Part shown: positions 41,901 through 47,740 of the stretch, piece by piece | How the letters are laid out: every line of letters starts with the position of its first letter | How positions within the stretch are numbered: position 1 is the stretch's first letter | The notes under the pieces: generated by a model | What the model was told of the DNA's origin: nothing | The model's database searches: none | What the model saw: the letters and a program-made list of their open reading frames with translations, nothing else | Program-made: the position numbers and the translations under genes | Assembly: GCA_965644315.1 (NCBI GenBank) | Contig: CBFFRQ010000043.1 | Location: forward strand, 1 to 64,000 | From: Caecitellus pseudoparvulus | Lineage: Eukaryota; Protista; Bigyra: Bicosoecida | Direction of reading: 5' to 3' | DNA: 64,000 bases

Positions 41901-44796
41901 CTAGCGTGGCGCAGCCATAGTCAGACGCCAAGCTGATCTGCGCGACTCCCACGCCGACTGCCATTGGCGCGCCGTGCATGACGCCGGAGGACGTGCCCTG
42001 TGTGAACTGGGCATCATGCCCACCCCAACAGCTCAGCTCGGGGGGATCGCCTGAAATGGCGCAGCCGCCTGTGCTGGCCGCGGCAATGGACAGCACTTCA
42101 TCCCCTCCGAAGTTCAGAAGCCCCTGGGCGCTTGCCCCGAGGTTCGACATGGCAAACTCGGGTGCGCCCACGCCCAGCGCAGAGGAGAAATGGTTGCCCC
42201 AGCAGAACGCATGCCCGTCTTGCCGCACAGCACACTGCACGTCGGTGGGCGAGATGGATGTGGAGAGGCCGCGGATGGGGTGGCCTATGGGCAGGTACGG
42301 TGCATCAGCAGCCGGAAAGTCCAAACCCACATCCTGCGAGGAGCCCGTGCCCAGCTGCCCGGATGGGTTGCTGCCCCAGCACCGCACGAAGCCGCCCCCC
42401 GTCAGCAGGCAGTGCCGGTCAGCACCCCCGCCCAGTGCCACGACCGGGTCGAAGGCGGTGTACGCGGCCGTGAGGATGTCGTTCACGAGCCACGCCCGCT
42501 CTGTCGTGAGGGGCCACGGCACCATCTCGTCCCGCACGGCACAGTTCTTGCGCGTCACATCCTGAACGAGAGGCTCTTCGTCCACAACAATCGGCAGAGG
42601 GGGCTCATTCATCAGCTCAATGTTCTGGTCGGGCTTGTTGGAGCCGCTGTGCCCATTGCGGCCGTCCCCGCCATTGCCCCAGCACTGTGCCGTGCCAACG
42701 TCATCGGCCAGCACCGCGCAGCAGTGAATGCTGCCGCAGGTCAGCCCCGCCACAGGCTCGGGGAAGAACACGGGCCACATGACGTCGGCAGGCGTTTCAT
42801 CGTCGCCGATGGGGTCATCTTCTGCGGAATTCGACCAGTACCCACGCTGGCGGTCGTTGTTGGAGCCCCAGCACACGATCTCCCCGTGCCCCATCACCAC
42901 ACAGGAGTGGTCCCGCCCCACCGCCACACTTCGAGGTTCACCCAGTGGCAGGGGCACGGTGCCAAAGCTGTCCAGGTTCGCGGGGCGCCCGTTCAGAGTC
43001 GGGGCGCCGCCCAGGCGCGGCATGCCTGCAGGCTGGTCGCTCACCGTCGCCGCACTGGAGAAGCCCAGGCCAAGCTCGCCGTTGGAGTTGTCGCCCCAGC
43101 ACCGCACAGACCCATCAGCAGTGATGGCACAGCCGTGCTCAGCCAGGGACATGGTGACCACGGGGAACGGGCCCAGGTCAAGGTCGTTGTAGTCGCCAGC
43201 GAGCTGGGCCGGGGTGTTGCTGGCGGTGTACTGGCCAGACACAGCGTCCACTGCCGTGCCCCAGCACTTGACTGCCCCAGACGTGAACAGGGCGCACACG
43301 ACCCCCCGCGAGATGGAGGCGAAGATGCGCAGCACGGGGCGGTCCAGGGGGATCACGGGGGGGGGCGAGCCAGCGTCACACAGGGCCTGCACATCCACAG
43401 TACCTCCGTAACCCAGGCTACCCGCGGCGTTCTGCCCCCAGCACGCCATCTCGCCCGTTGCCAGCAGGGCGCAGTGTGTGTCCCTGCTGGGCGCAGCCTC
43501 CAGGGACACGATGCGCTGAGCGCCTGAATACTTGCTGACACACGCTGGGCGGCTTGCTGACAGGCCGTCGGCAATGGAGCCGCTGAACAGGGTCGTGTCA
43601 GGCACGCCCTGCTGCCGGTCGTTGTTGGCGCCCCAGCAGTACACTTCGGAATTGTCCAGCAACACGCAGGTGCTCACGCGGCCCACCGCAGCCTGCACAA
43701 TGGAGGCCCCCAGCACCGGGGACTCTGCTCCGGGCTGAGTGTTCACGGAGTTGTGTGACCCGGCGCAGGAGAAGCCGAGGCGCCCGTCGTCACAGCGGCC
43801 CCAGCAGTACAACCGCCCTCCGGACAGGGAGCAAGTGTGGTCCCCTGACGCAATGACTTTGGGCTGGGACCGCAGCTGCTCCGAGCGGTCCAAGCACACT
43901 GGCGCGACATCACGTGGGATGGTGACAGGCGTCTCTCTCCATGAGCACACCAAGTTCTCCTCGGCGTTGCGCCCGCAGGCGCCAGCCCGGGACACCTGTA
44001 TGGCTCGGCCCTCAGCTGTCCATGGAAACGCGTCGGCGTCCAGGGCCACCACCAGGCGAACACGCGTGTTCTCTCCAGGGGACAGGTGTGCATCGTGTCG
44101 CAGAACGCTGACGTAGGGCTTTGCGCCCGTGTGTCCGTGGGTTTCGTGCAGGGCGTTCACCCACACTTGCGGCAGGCCCAGCACGGGCGAGCCGACAGAA
44201 ACGCCCCACACGTCAGCGTCAACTCGGACACCGCCCTTCCCGGTACCGCCGGGAGCCCGCACTTTGAGACGCAGGGCAAGATTCACAGCATGGTCCAGTG
44301 GCCCTGCGATCTCCATTCCCGGGGGCAGGGCATCGGAAGCGGCTGTTCCCCATCGCGAGCCGCTGTCGGCATGGAGCAGCAACCACAGCTCGGCGGCATA
44401 TGCTCGATCGGCGCCCTCAGGGGGCGGCTCCGGCACCTGCACATCGTACAGGATGGTCCACTGCAGAAGGCCGTTCTTCTGCTTCAAGCGGGCTGTGCGC
44501 AGGCTGGCGGCAGCAAAGTGGCCGGGGCCGCCGCCGCCCAACGCAAGGGGTGCATCCCAAACAGCCCTGCCGCCCTTGAAGCACGGCGCCATGCGGTGCA
44601 GGTCGGTCAGATGCCGTCCAGCTGACGATGTGTTGCGGGAAGTGCCCCATGGCTCAGGCGGATCCTCCGTTGACGTGAAAGTCTGAGCAGTTTCTGTCGT
44701 CAGCTGCTCCCCGGGGGCTCCCCACCCTGCAACGTTCACCACCAGGCAGGCAAAGACACAAACAGCGAGGAAAGCGGTCCGCAGGCGTGGAACCAT
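20905..44796 (-). CDS. Giant (~7960 aa) multidomain cell-surface protein: signal peptide, RCC1-like propellers, 20 C-type lectin domains, FG-GAP propeller, Ser/Thr stalk, Ig-like region, Cys-rich repeats, multi-pass TM C-terminus
   Basis: Single 24-kb open frame. Signal peptide MVPRLRTAFLAVCVFACLVVNVAG at 44796. CWG..GxLG repeats; CPxGW...WxxA..C..GG.LA...WVG lectin motifs; GDFNSDG/GDVDGDG..D..VGAP motifs; several hydrophobic helices at the C-terminus. Confidence 0.92.
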   Translation of the reverse strand: MVPRLRTAFLAVCVFACLVVNVAGWGAPGEQLTTETAQTFTSTEDPPEPWGTSRNTSSAGRHLTDLHRMAPCFKGGRAVWDAPLALGGGGPGHFAAASLRTARLKQKNGLLQWTILYDVQVPEPPPEGADRAYAAELWLLLHADSGSRWGTAASDALPPGMEIAGPLDHAVNLALRLKVRAPGGTGKGGVRVDADVWGVSVGSPVLGLPQVWVNALHETHGHTGAKPYVSVLRHDAHLSPGENTRVRLVVALDADAFPWTAEGRAIQVSRAGACGRNAEENLVCSWRETPVTIPRDVAPVCLDRSEQLRSQPKVIASGDHTCSLSGGRLYCWGRCDDGRLGFSCAGSHNSVNTQPGAESPVLGASIVQAAVGRVSTCVLLDNSEVYCWGANNDRQQGVPDTTLFSGSIADGLSASRPACVSKYSGAQRIVSLEAAPSRDTHCALLATGEMACWGQNAAGSLGYGGTVDVQALCDAGSPPPVIPLDRPVLRIFASISRGVVCALFTSGAVKCWGTAVDAVSGQYTASNTPAQLAGDYNDLDLGPFPVVTMSLAEHGCAITADGSVRCWGDNSNGELGLGFSSAATVSDQPAGMPRLGGAPTLNGRPANLDSFGTVPLPLGEPRSVAVGRDHSCVVMGHGEIVCWGSNNDRQRGYWSNSAEDDPIGDDETPADVMWPVFFPEPVAGLTCGSIHCCAVLADDVGTAQCWGNGGDGRNGHSGSNKPDQNIELMNEPPLPIVVDEEPLVQDVTRKNCAVRDEMVPWPLTTERAWLVNDILTAAYTAFDPVVALGGGADRHCLLTGGGFVRCWGSNPSGQLGTGSSQDVGLDFPAADAPYLPIGHPIRGLSTSISPTDVQCAVRQDGHAFCWGNHFSSALGVGAPEFAMSNLGASAQGLLNFGGDEVLSIAAASTGGCAISGDPPELSCWGGHDAQFTQGTSSGVMHGAPMAVGVGVAQISLASDYGCATLDSGDVSCWGRQEMGRLARAGVPPSTYVAYDGTAAASADTGLPAPATDPAVHVAVTENAACALTAGGDVHCWGSGDLLGTLPSAGSPGPVVPLAGSTIALYGGPNGVFCAVLGDGDRMMCWGSTIGGRLWRRNPARYAQHAFLSASGTAPYSAAPRRITDVHIGQSSTCLAFSDGIVSCRGVGMVAEHGRGMPPGPDLATMEPPLPSGTFGPILDVKPPVQLLSGVADGDDFLSLGSGGALGPWHGFLIDPEVDTSGLRGFPGWVQVGFKPEMEWELPLQTPALHTEQCPLSPVTYMGKRAVCLSEDACEALPEASGTGAKHAYQAGIEWVTLATSDGELADGVPEREVLRLPMGDKQIGQGEGGDVIVRLHAVSLVQAHGTLQVQVEWSAEDALPPGSRPASARYKAEAWILIQGAWQGADGATSHSPPPGFKHHSDSELPFASNLAVHADIAFPAPLSTAPVGHQPLQFDADVWAVPAASAKYGLPSTWVNAAHQTHGHVGSSPHVASVMHPGEFDGDTVAGSGIVALDADAFPFLSRGAQATLTSIAVCGSLAGQPELECDWNSQTALILQPDPMPLCYDANTRLNTLPRLFAASAHTCLLYPIESELYCWGNNAGGRLGYGSSLSGSEIIGDSGGEGPTSSGMLPTFGQVATVSVRGSDNVGEEGGGCVLYVDGRVQCWGPGVLPFAASDGPPPTYDPLSESLSAAPFVCLSKPAVSLLDHHSKTMCALLEDATVQCWGPEPAAAGLTTEGVSLYGGGETPPPCMAEALDTGGPVIGLTGYGTAGGLAGFCAIKTDGTAVCVGANTGGALGVDPTAPAGTTLGDGILERPVFSPLDVPAPARDFIVSLTVAEGGGCLLNPAGLVRCWGDNTQGQTGLGSGTPLGSPVAAWDRDHGPTTAGASVIAIESNAAARCALTASGKVRCWGHCDSGAPDRGLCGQEGSSGEYHTNIPHVASSEIPLSEVVRSIECGEKHCFAVTDMGSIYAWGYNGQGQLGLGHVNPVGTSAASVSSSGLVAVTVPPSVASLPSHPSDLVDTTKCTVRAEWHAADNWFGSRHSWKLYVAGGQAMAGYMPWAPIVALGGDGLHTCALDSEGLVACWGKNEGSWAPIDTIGVLGHGGISSDGSGRPPHAYGHIQIGRRVRMLSTSGRSLSEDASNGNAEPLQCAVVDQGDVICWGGADGHAGLGGSPAMRVSPGGATDGRLPMSYTPLNLPGRSIFVAVSRQSFAVQEDGSLWVWGYGHAASGVQPVGDITNPTQVQVLPGADTRKVVGVSSSMYHTCVWLSDGGVRCWGENSFGVLGHALSAPDVVGDNEHPHQGVAGDVQLDGPAVQVVTALEHTCALLAAGTVQCWGKAVNNGQAMDIGLPGAHEHPDAEPARSAPNDGEAGAYFTHLSANFRTTCGSRSDGRLSCFGVHDGSMDGTTTSGSSAAFFTTSLQPVGVVSALVSQSVTCMVLDDGTVTCMGINNSGQLGHEHVAFGFGTGNTAASLLGMRAHVSYPPALDLQAVSGLQVDSISPGFAWLNRQSPPVLSNLVLGMDVFAPALPNWAADALEASGEAVITSPGGTPMEMTATCSVGASRSIPSRVGTFDICAGDEGTPIPVADPLASLCFEEEEYFEGSCYVMGSSSNTWSGAIQECAMSPGSSLAALESSSEATFIANTFGTTMVGAYRHVDALDAWYWPSGESVEAGHAAWQGGSPAAAGGRCASVSAAGELAPMSCSSSFPFVCERRLESPVNQCRPGFVQAPNGECYGSTDPGSWFDTWDACRSQGGRLAPVLGAYEAEMMGAFFADGAAHWVGGEFDASLASIVWWKSGNEPEPLQSPEEFEGTCDGSTNCLLPSSSPCLWFRKFSGTLSLGTEDTSTGYIGGCNDIRPGICVQDSDVDARCADGAVYFRGSCFWVTETPGVWNTVAADCAEDGGRLASLLDADELDFAQTARLGALVDGRMAVHVGGSRDQQFAGDDKWRWLGTDVEVDPTWWLAAQPAMLPSQIDDACTSLGSDGLIRQTDCDTTPEHGICRGAAARAHPCPAGWSVTPSGDCLQVNALPLSWTDASAACEAQGGHLATPLHRPDVMGLLGGLPSATKVWVGAKVQGGDISWLQPEGTYVALGDDLWFDPGCVGSCSRGADGSCVWLATPGGAVQGLGSHDSGIGDCSDVHAFVCHLGAASIPLETSSTGTLPSTSTQSINPSGECVCPEEGGEGEGEGGSESPPDFTPAPLPTTTTPCTGPELEFEGHCFEFVSMSVSWDVASSDCATRMDGKLATMHTEARRNFIVNSVLPVATDAHVGLYRHTVAADASLWQWIGAGQYSGQYAAMDSAEETSTVAESFCATYITALAAVGAAPCGSSSNYVCERPIELPTCPAGWSLSPDGSCVKASMSLASWGEGYRTCLSDGGRLAHARTRPQAFFLASLFTFGERVWMGAVQDAENAAAPSWVQPDRTLQAISSSEYDAPCTGMCSTGATCMWLHQSTSLMPVEFGSEWSAVGQCSDSLSYVCEWDPHSVAENEPCDASEGELKHDGSCLRLSVAPSKWVDAATACSGTAPQPSTLAVLDIPGLYSFALSPFFLGSSSNDVWLGAFTNDGDSYLVDAAWKWMNGAVVDSGLWAPGNPHVAGMECARWSTTQLALEVSDCDNSGVMMPSMCSRTAAEEVACPAGWTMSATLTCFKLFTDTKNYAASADACIAEGGALAAPYTFMDERTLDSLLGFGDNAWAGIRTGEADPGMRFLSLADASTLTPIADEYYFPVPCGNCQSYSPGGARGLLQGGSPMQVTADEGVYSMNNDMWRVCARYPDRTSTEPEPEESGGGGGGQGCVCTCNCTAPTGDSGGGGEGGGPRGFPTLDRPCSGPEVQVGDSCWTEVATPLHWRQALVHCAEEYNGTLASIGTLESESHFLAEKSPSEDYHVGLYRHVSTSSLSDWLWTDGSDYVSGSPAFAPGQGETAFGFVAYWSFSSGQLMTMEYTDTSIKRFFCERPIAEVQCPHGYKTSPTGKCLRLLDNPDLSWTDSMQACVDVGGVLATPDNLPEVIFMGSVAHADMLAWVGALEGSSPGELQAVLPDKSLQPLTGKHSYFAGDWCNDIGGCENTGECAYIWRVAGSEEVVIGSRQSGTGNCWSMRDALCQADPDISAQAARCGVGEFVAGDYCIRVESAAGLDMRSAASSCAARSGATVGLLSADDPFMMDLLKSPFIDVSQPWSAAVLSSDSFSAVADWRWLGPHRESPLVAAQWDTGEPTFAAQYTCAYFDDVTYKLRAATCDMSRPFVCVADTTRVPSCPSGWTLSPGGECFKAESAVPTDWASAEAACESEAGSLAVFRSAVDAEFITSLMAFGQPYWVRAKSQDGTADMYFLDPEDDTEHYLGTSRDVFDPGCFGNCMREMETPGTCGLAQSSGTLPSLWLGNDRSPDMFDCSSSLAYLCMRPPDVAVLSPATGSSSDDELECTCTPVPGNGTGGTDEPVIDDTLPTVNTPCVEPDEVEVDGSCMIFEAASLSWEEASANCAESHSGFLASMHNQARIDWFSSVVSPDAGKPEDIYVGLYRHEAGATKDGWRWVGQPDMPIDVFAAAEGEEPAPHVLCAWYARSLDGLVDGGCTTHKAYMCERPIEVPQCPSGWTLIPEGGGSCIKLTPGSATWTASELACRGEGGRLFPPHSLPSMSHMARVAPSYTPIYVGAFEHMQTNVMTVIDPDGALTSMEAPELLPPVCGGMCAFGGTCGFVVHEGGYNIQVGTMYNGIGDCSETRQALCLWDPAAVRAAEHCTGSEYAVNGICLSVNAAPLSWEDAASACHSGASSGDGYLLPLNSAGMLEFVEGTPFVRFELPGNFWVGAYRSGSFPGKAPWLWEGFGEPVEEGLWAPGQPMTPGSTDCAQFSPTGLESRPCTEATGKVCIRLPQQESACPAGWSQSPSKRCYKAEGTSTQNSAGAAAACGAVDGGTLAVVYTRTDASLVKGLLPPDETEYWVSASSDGANSMFWDLPGGGSVQASTNYETVPLPCMSACTIDPNTCGLLIHGATDLSLGTSRFGGGLCTDLRRYLCMADPVVRDPTDIVESDDDVAGDDEPPPPVFSKPCSGTEEEVDGACFWVEQDQFFTWASAEAKCAEGNGTLASIHSTARSTWLTGKPISGNYFVGLSRREATGLQTDWLWNSGVAYPGGTDFMSFSMSTSSDSYQMCGYFNFATTFYHEAGCEAYVPGGYICERPIEHELCPHGWTWTATQQRCLRYNPTPLSWLDAQSACASDGGRLASGAWMQERMALVSVIPNMEIAWVGAMLEPDMSEVAWFQSDRTTVLHSEGEAHRSECFSTCMLDSGEPCVGLYHEADFSTVYVGSRFYGSGTCQTGRPSVCMLDPVASALDLACEPDEVAFNGSCYSAHEPPSITAFEAMEECMKLPGGHGYLAPFPTDAHKRFLVSPFMLSGTWGVNSWVGAYRFGDEPIGSTMWRWGNSSGHVDFDDWTDGGYPYANAYQFCAGYVSNDFGLENRDCYMETRPGYICARQPNFNISCPAEWAKTPSGECMRFVSEPMTWASADAHCAELGGVMASPDHPEHVGYFRRTMENEGYSQPLWVRARTDPVVDGKAYFVSHIGNALVSPTGNDNLFDPLCGFSSCSSNRPAAEHGGCMYLTGGSFSELRMEAGSMGAPSCLSLLPFICRLEPAGVAAPAPVTQVDIVGSAPGAAAGAAVSTGGDFNSDGRGDVAVVDGDSVVVVFGQEGAVFQGSFSATRLGDGGVAVLAPPGSAGFASASLSSVASCDGDTHDDLLIGDAGLNSGDGGVLLVRGQASFAGPVNTTAPDSSAFITLTGSSSDSFGASVAGLGDVDGDGHADFLVGAPTATVSANADSGVVYLLKGGPHLASSSVVAVASLSSFTLLLEGAIASELGTAVGSAGDFDDDGFADLAVGAPWHSPHGRVFVLSGATLTFGASAMDMSAFSSSVGVFVSGTSSVHGVGSVLGGAADVNHDGFDDVVMGMPDANLDDGAAFILLGHAPPFSGAGVLADSLGQGVPILGTSVEHAGIAVAAFADFSGDRVADLAIGTAADRVYIVYGRSDIASGSISLSSISGDPSRGMVVYGQTASGFGRSIAGSFDIDGTTGSDIVIGAPSASPMGRASAGSAQVVFGVPPATPTPSATSSATVTPSSSPTPSQSGTVSPTPSNSATGSSTPSSTGSGTPSASGTVSGTPSASGTVSGTPSASGTVSGTPSASGTVSGTPSASGTVSGTPSASGTVSGTPSNSASVSSTASSSPTGSTSGTSTGTPSATATPSGSPSGTTSSTITSSATSSRSVTPTVTASGSGSASPSQSGSSTGTPTTSSSHTATSSPSETFTPTASASPSVSSTATLGVFTPSSSAASTPSNSPSVTPSVTATRSATPSSRPPEWLSSTVQQEVALDGGTIVAALHDPAVLLVGAQTGTSVGAPLSLSDAADVGSAATLAVLSVSCIDARLAAWGPCLPSTDWWRVTRTFTSTFPRLVVSLSLQLGPAAVDGLPRLPIAYLELTENSGAFVLVVHVRGVVGLNATAVVPVNVVDLAQSSVPLPSIAPSRSPLVRPSSRRTPTPTASSSASAQPTKSPGASPSSTASVTPQPLPFLTAFPVELAAAFELNGQSDEKSQAVIVSSAEHVHWDALISFRGQQQGWLTLSAARKARPPANQGQQGVVLTMRSANLPPGLHRATVTFQANSTASNEAAGGAPGRLRVADLLPVIVQVTLRVIAPISDMRPRVMERNVIPGGNSTQQLLLRNVGSGTLTWKLDHADATLAPWLAVCTPAGVCGHAGGTGSDIASALASELGVVSVGSLREESGVLQGSLGVGERVLLTVWLVSPGAAVSGLFSSTLRLRTNEYDVKSQAGQLDHVLPVTMRSTLLSVVPGTVSLTVAPSKEASGIAILQTLASFADLRVQVVSSQGTMSTAAWLQTTTTKDELLLPASTGQLVVPISVVHGGELCLGPRPPLGLLCGSGELAATILVRITASVAEGASGATDVAALAAYEEIRAIPVRVQVRGGGAFSHTSRFMLPDAFSWPKRADREMVAIQSALSGQRNMSMVDATAPGSAIIVSGRQQVGLLLEARDAASREVQSLVELPQVRQLVTGKADLTVGLAALDEGRSVLQVQPSQPQTTLLTSSISGQAIYPYLSRGAVAVPAVVVSPSCRTDSEVLADSQMDCICATGWQRRQSTNDTLGLRCERCPPGTIRANVENQEAACTQCPGGTFANLAQTKCLQCPLNGISCAAGQFRPRPGFWCDTCVTDASMVPSHPKLQERYWSKLKDVASAELQGDTTSADTPARRRLQALVNETAELQAAVAGKAVLYAGASILQCTPPDACRPVANSSGISCVPGHRGILCGECAEGWARSSPQLLCVKCPDDSFGFLQSIGSWVLFTGLLVYLALRTSDRESKEGQSRGLLIGVFRVMTGWAQMYAVLLSTRLPPESALDGLMAWLSSVSVGVSTNSVPAQCALRADMYTRFFITLSIPIAAVSIPLIVAGVTSILQRQNHAVLQAAAERYAEEKGGSSVGGEGVSESGVVAPQPLAVSTPPKKDRALVDDTFAFPAPKTLVSPTSRPSALVPRSTSFQDDTGPTDPSPAARRSSAWADLDDLAEADEESEGSVVIDMRKPRSSRSQAAAQVEAAVMPSAPPAHPANMRSEEKAVLAKTVDLFKQRARCAEQAYRAAFILLLLVHFPVVEACLRMLDTYDFRILGFLFLRSDVAHGSMDSMFQTAQLAAYFGLLVWGVGIPLGSACLVCRHRHHVYKHSVKAVYGAVYEGFRIPRAHSEDSPRKEEDEPNFWYWELLVVLPRKVLLAAVAVTVRNAELQAALICLVLSASLVVHVASLPYEATLMNAVETAALTAICVSAFGGLALGDELLVGEKTEFLLQGAIFLANTLFLAMTFLLLLGAGVATLRTRHAAVFDWLKLYLQQSPAHSHLKHVPHPGLWCCTFGPRRSAAACIALGSCISVEKAIALSHDVAMVREAGLRQEAEDSSVETLATRTKSPLVVGPATARS
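26215..26412 (-). repeat. 30-bp coding tandem repeat (SGTPSASGTV)x~6 in the mucin-like stalk
   Basis: Unit tgtgccagacacagtgcccgacgcgctggg repeated with synonymous variation. Confidence 0.9.
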
Positions 44797-45726
44797 GCAC
44801 TCCGCAGTATTCCGCCTGGGGTTTGTCTGCACAACCCCCCTCAGCTCTGACGCAGTCGGCGTCAAAGGTGCGGCGTGTGCGATGGTGTAGAAAGACGTTC
44901 TGCGGGCCCCCGTGGCGGAGAACTCCGACCCCTGCATGCGGAACGAGGGAGCTGCCCTTGGCACTTGGCCAACTGCCATATGTTCAGTGTGATCTTCTCA
45001 GCAGCTGCTCCCGTCTGTGACGGCCGCCGCCTCGGTGACGAGCCTCGCGCGTGGCGCCTGTCGTAGCAGACGCGTTGCTGGGCCGTCAACGGGGGGCGTT
45101 TGGCAGCAGCAGCAATGAACTTAGCGTAGTGAGGAGGCGCAAGGCAGTGTCAAAGACAAGACAAACACGCGTGCATGTGTACTTGCGTTTGTTTGGATTT
45201 TTCCGTCATCCTGCCCTACACTCGCGCAGCGCGACGACAACTCTGGAGACGCCCGCACTGCCAGGCTTGGGGACCGAGCCGACTCGTTTCGCAGGCTGGC
45301 GCTCTGCGTGACAAACGGAAGCGTCCGCAGTGAAGGAGAAACACAACAGAGCAGCAGGGCGTTGGAGGCTAGCCATCAAGGACTACCAGCCACCTCCAAC
45401 GCATACTGATACACATTCGTGAAGCCCAAGCAGCCAGGCGAGGCAAACTGTGCCGAGGCGACTCTGCGGAAATTGACAGCGACTGCGACTTGCCGCTGCG
45501 TGGAGGCGCGGCAACACAACCCAGCCGTGAAGAAAAACCAACCTAGAGTGTGAGGCCGGCACGGTCTCATGGGCAGCTCCACAAATTGGCCACGAGCCGA
45601 GTGCAGGTGGTGCATAGCAGTCTCCGCCCAGTGGCACGCGACCCAGCTCGATCAGAGCCCCGCCGGCTGCTGTGCCCCACAGCAGTAGACAAGGGCTGTA
45701 AGCCGCCACCTGGCGCAGACAGCAGC

Positions 45727-47619
45727 ATGGCTGCTGCGTCGGGCATGCTCCTGCCCGCACCCCAGCCCGCGCGCCGCTTTGTGGATTTGCCAGGCGGTGC
45801 GTGCAGTTTGCCGCCGGCGACTTGGCACGCCGCAGGAGCAGCCCACGCCCACCCTCTGCAGACGCCCACCTGGCGATCTTGTCCTTCCTGGATGTGCGGA
45901 GTGTGCTGCATGTTGCCGAGTGCAGTCTGAAGTGCACGCAGATCATCAACGAGTGCGTGGGGGCCCTGCCCAAGACAGTCGCTGCTGTGCCTTTCCGCAC
46001 CACGCCAAGCCAACAACTGCCCCGCCCCTGCGCCCCACAGCCCCCGCCTGTGGCATACACTGCACACCCTGCACTTTGCCACGCTGGGGAATCCCCAAGT
46101 GCTGCACCAGGTGCGCCGGTACGCTGACTGGATCCCCCCGCTGCCCGCCAGGCCGCCGTCGGCAGTGGTGCAAGGCGTGGCGCCGGAGCCTGCTCACCAC
46201 GCAGGAGCCACGCCGCTGCTGCTGCCGCCAGGGGGCGCAGCTGCCGGTGGCACCGCCCCCCCTGCTCCCCGGACCAGTGCCCTGACGCAGGCCGTCGCGT
46301 CCATGCGCGGCGTGGTGCTGGGGCAGTACTGGGAGCCGACCACTCTGCCCACCCACGCCAACCCCCGAGAAGCCTTCCGCCAGGCCATGCTGCAGCGCAG
46401 CGTGGAGGTCGACCGCAATGAGGCGGCGCAGAGTGCGCGGAGGGGTGTTGCCGTCTCCCTGCAGCGTGGGGCCTGCCTGCGTCTGGTGCTGGACGGTGTG
46501 AACGTGCTGTGTGCTCAAATGCTGCCCTTGCCGGCGGTGTTGGCGAGCGTGGTCATGCTGGCTGGGGAGCTGCAGGGGACGTGGGCGCTGGGGTGGTGGG
46601 CCGTCCTGTCCCCCCTGCTGGGCATCCTGGGCGTGCACATCGCCGCGTGGCTTCTGGCCGTGTTCGTGGAGGGCAGGACACTGTCCACTCTGGCTGACCC
46701 CACATCACCCTGGCACTTGCAAGGCCAAGCCAGCAGGTTCAGCCTGTGCGGGCAGCTGGCGCTGCAGTACCAACGGGTGGTGCACAGGGGCAAAGACAGG
46801 GATGTGCCGGGCATTCGAGACCGGCAGCGCATCGGGGGCGCCGTGGTCGCGGGGGCCATCCTGTTCTTGAGCTTGGGGGTGCTGCTGCCGGTGCTCAAGG
46901 CAGCGGGGGTGGCGGGCCTGACGTGGGCAGGCGCCTTCGTACCCATCTTCGTCCTCCTGGGCCTGCTCTGGCTGGCAGCTCCCTGGTTGCTGGACGCAGA
47001 CGACACAGAGGAGGCGGCAGCCGCCTCCACCTGCTGCTTCTGCTGCGTGTCTTTACCCACCATCTGCACGCTGGCCATGGTGGCGGCACGCTTCGACGGG
47101 AGCTCCCCGGACATCAGCGTGGCTGACATGATCATCCCCATAGCCATCGTGCTGGGCGTGCTGGTGTGCTTCGCGTGCATGATGACGGTGCTGCTGGCGC
47201 ACGAGGGCGAGCTGGGCGGCAACCCTGCCGGGCAACGGGTCTTCTCCTGCTTCTGCCTGTGCTTCTGCACTGTGGTGGGGGGGCTCACCAGCACGCTGGG
47301 GCTGTTGGCTGCCGTGGACGCGGGGAACCTGCCCGCCGTCGGTGTCCTGTACCCCGAAACACACACCTACAACGCATCGTCACTGCCGCCCGGCGTGAAC
47401 GCCACTGGCAACGCCACCACCGTGGACGTGACGACGTGGGAGGAAGGCGACGTGAGCTGGTGGCTGCTGCTGCTGCCCGCCATGGTCATGCTGGCGTACT
47501 TGTCCGTCCTGGCCTGCGCTGCCTCGTGCCTTGGTTGGCTGGTGCAGCGCATGAAGGTTCCGCGATTCTACCGCAGGCCCACGCACAGCCTGCCGCACGA
47601 GATGACGGAGCACGTGTGA
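45727..47619 (+). CDS. F-box domain plus multi-pass membrane (TMEM185-like) protein, 2 introns
   Basis: Splicing 45797-45861 and 45953-46040 gives FVDLPGDAHLAILSFLDVRSVLHVAECSLKCTQIINDPRLW (F-box), in frame with ORF 46099-47619. TM motifs WWAVLSPL, TWAGAFVP, SWWLLLLP. Confidence 0.78.
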
Positions 47620-47740
47620 GCGCGCACGGGGCAAAACCCAACACACTGCGCGACCAATACACAGCCCTGTTTGCACGCCCACCCTGTGCTCCACCGTGAA
47701 CACAGCCCCGCCCGCTGCTACCACCCCGCGCACGGCCACG

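Noticed and set aside
20819-44686. Numerous plus-strand and alternative-frame ORFs over the giant gene (and similar ones over other genes)
   Set aside because: Shadow ORFs of GC-rich coding sequence.
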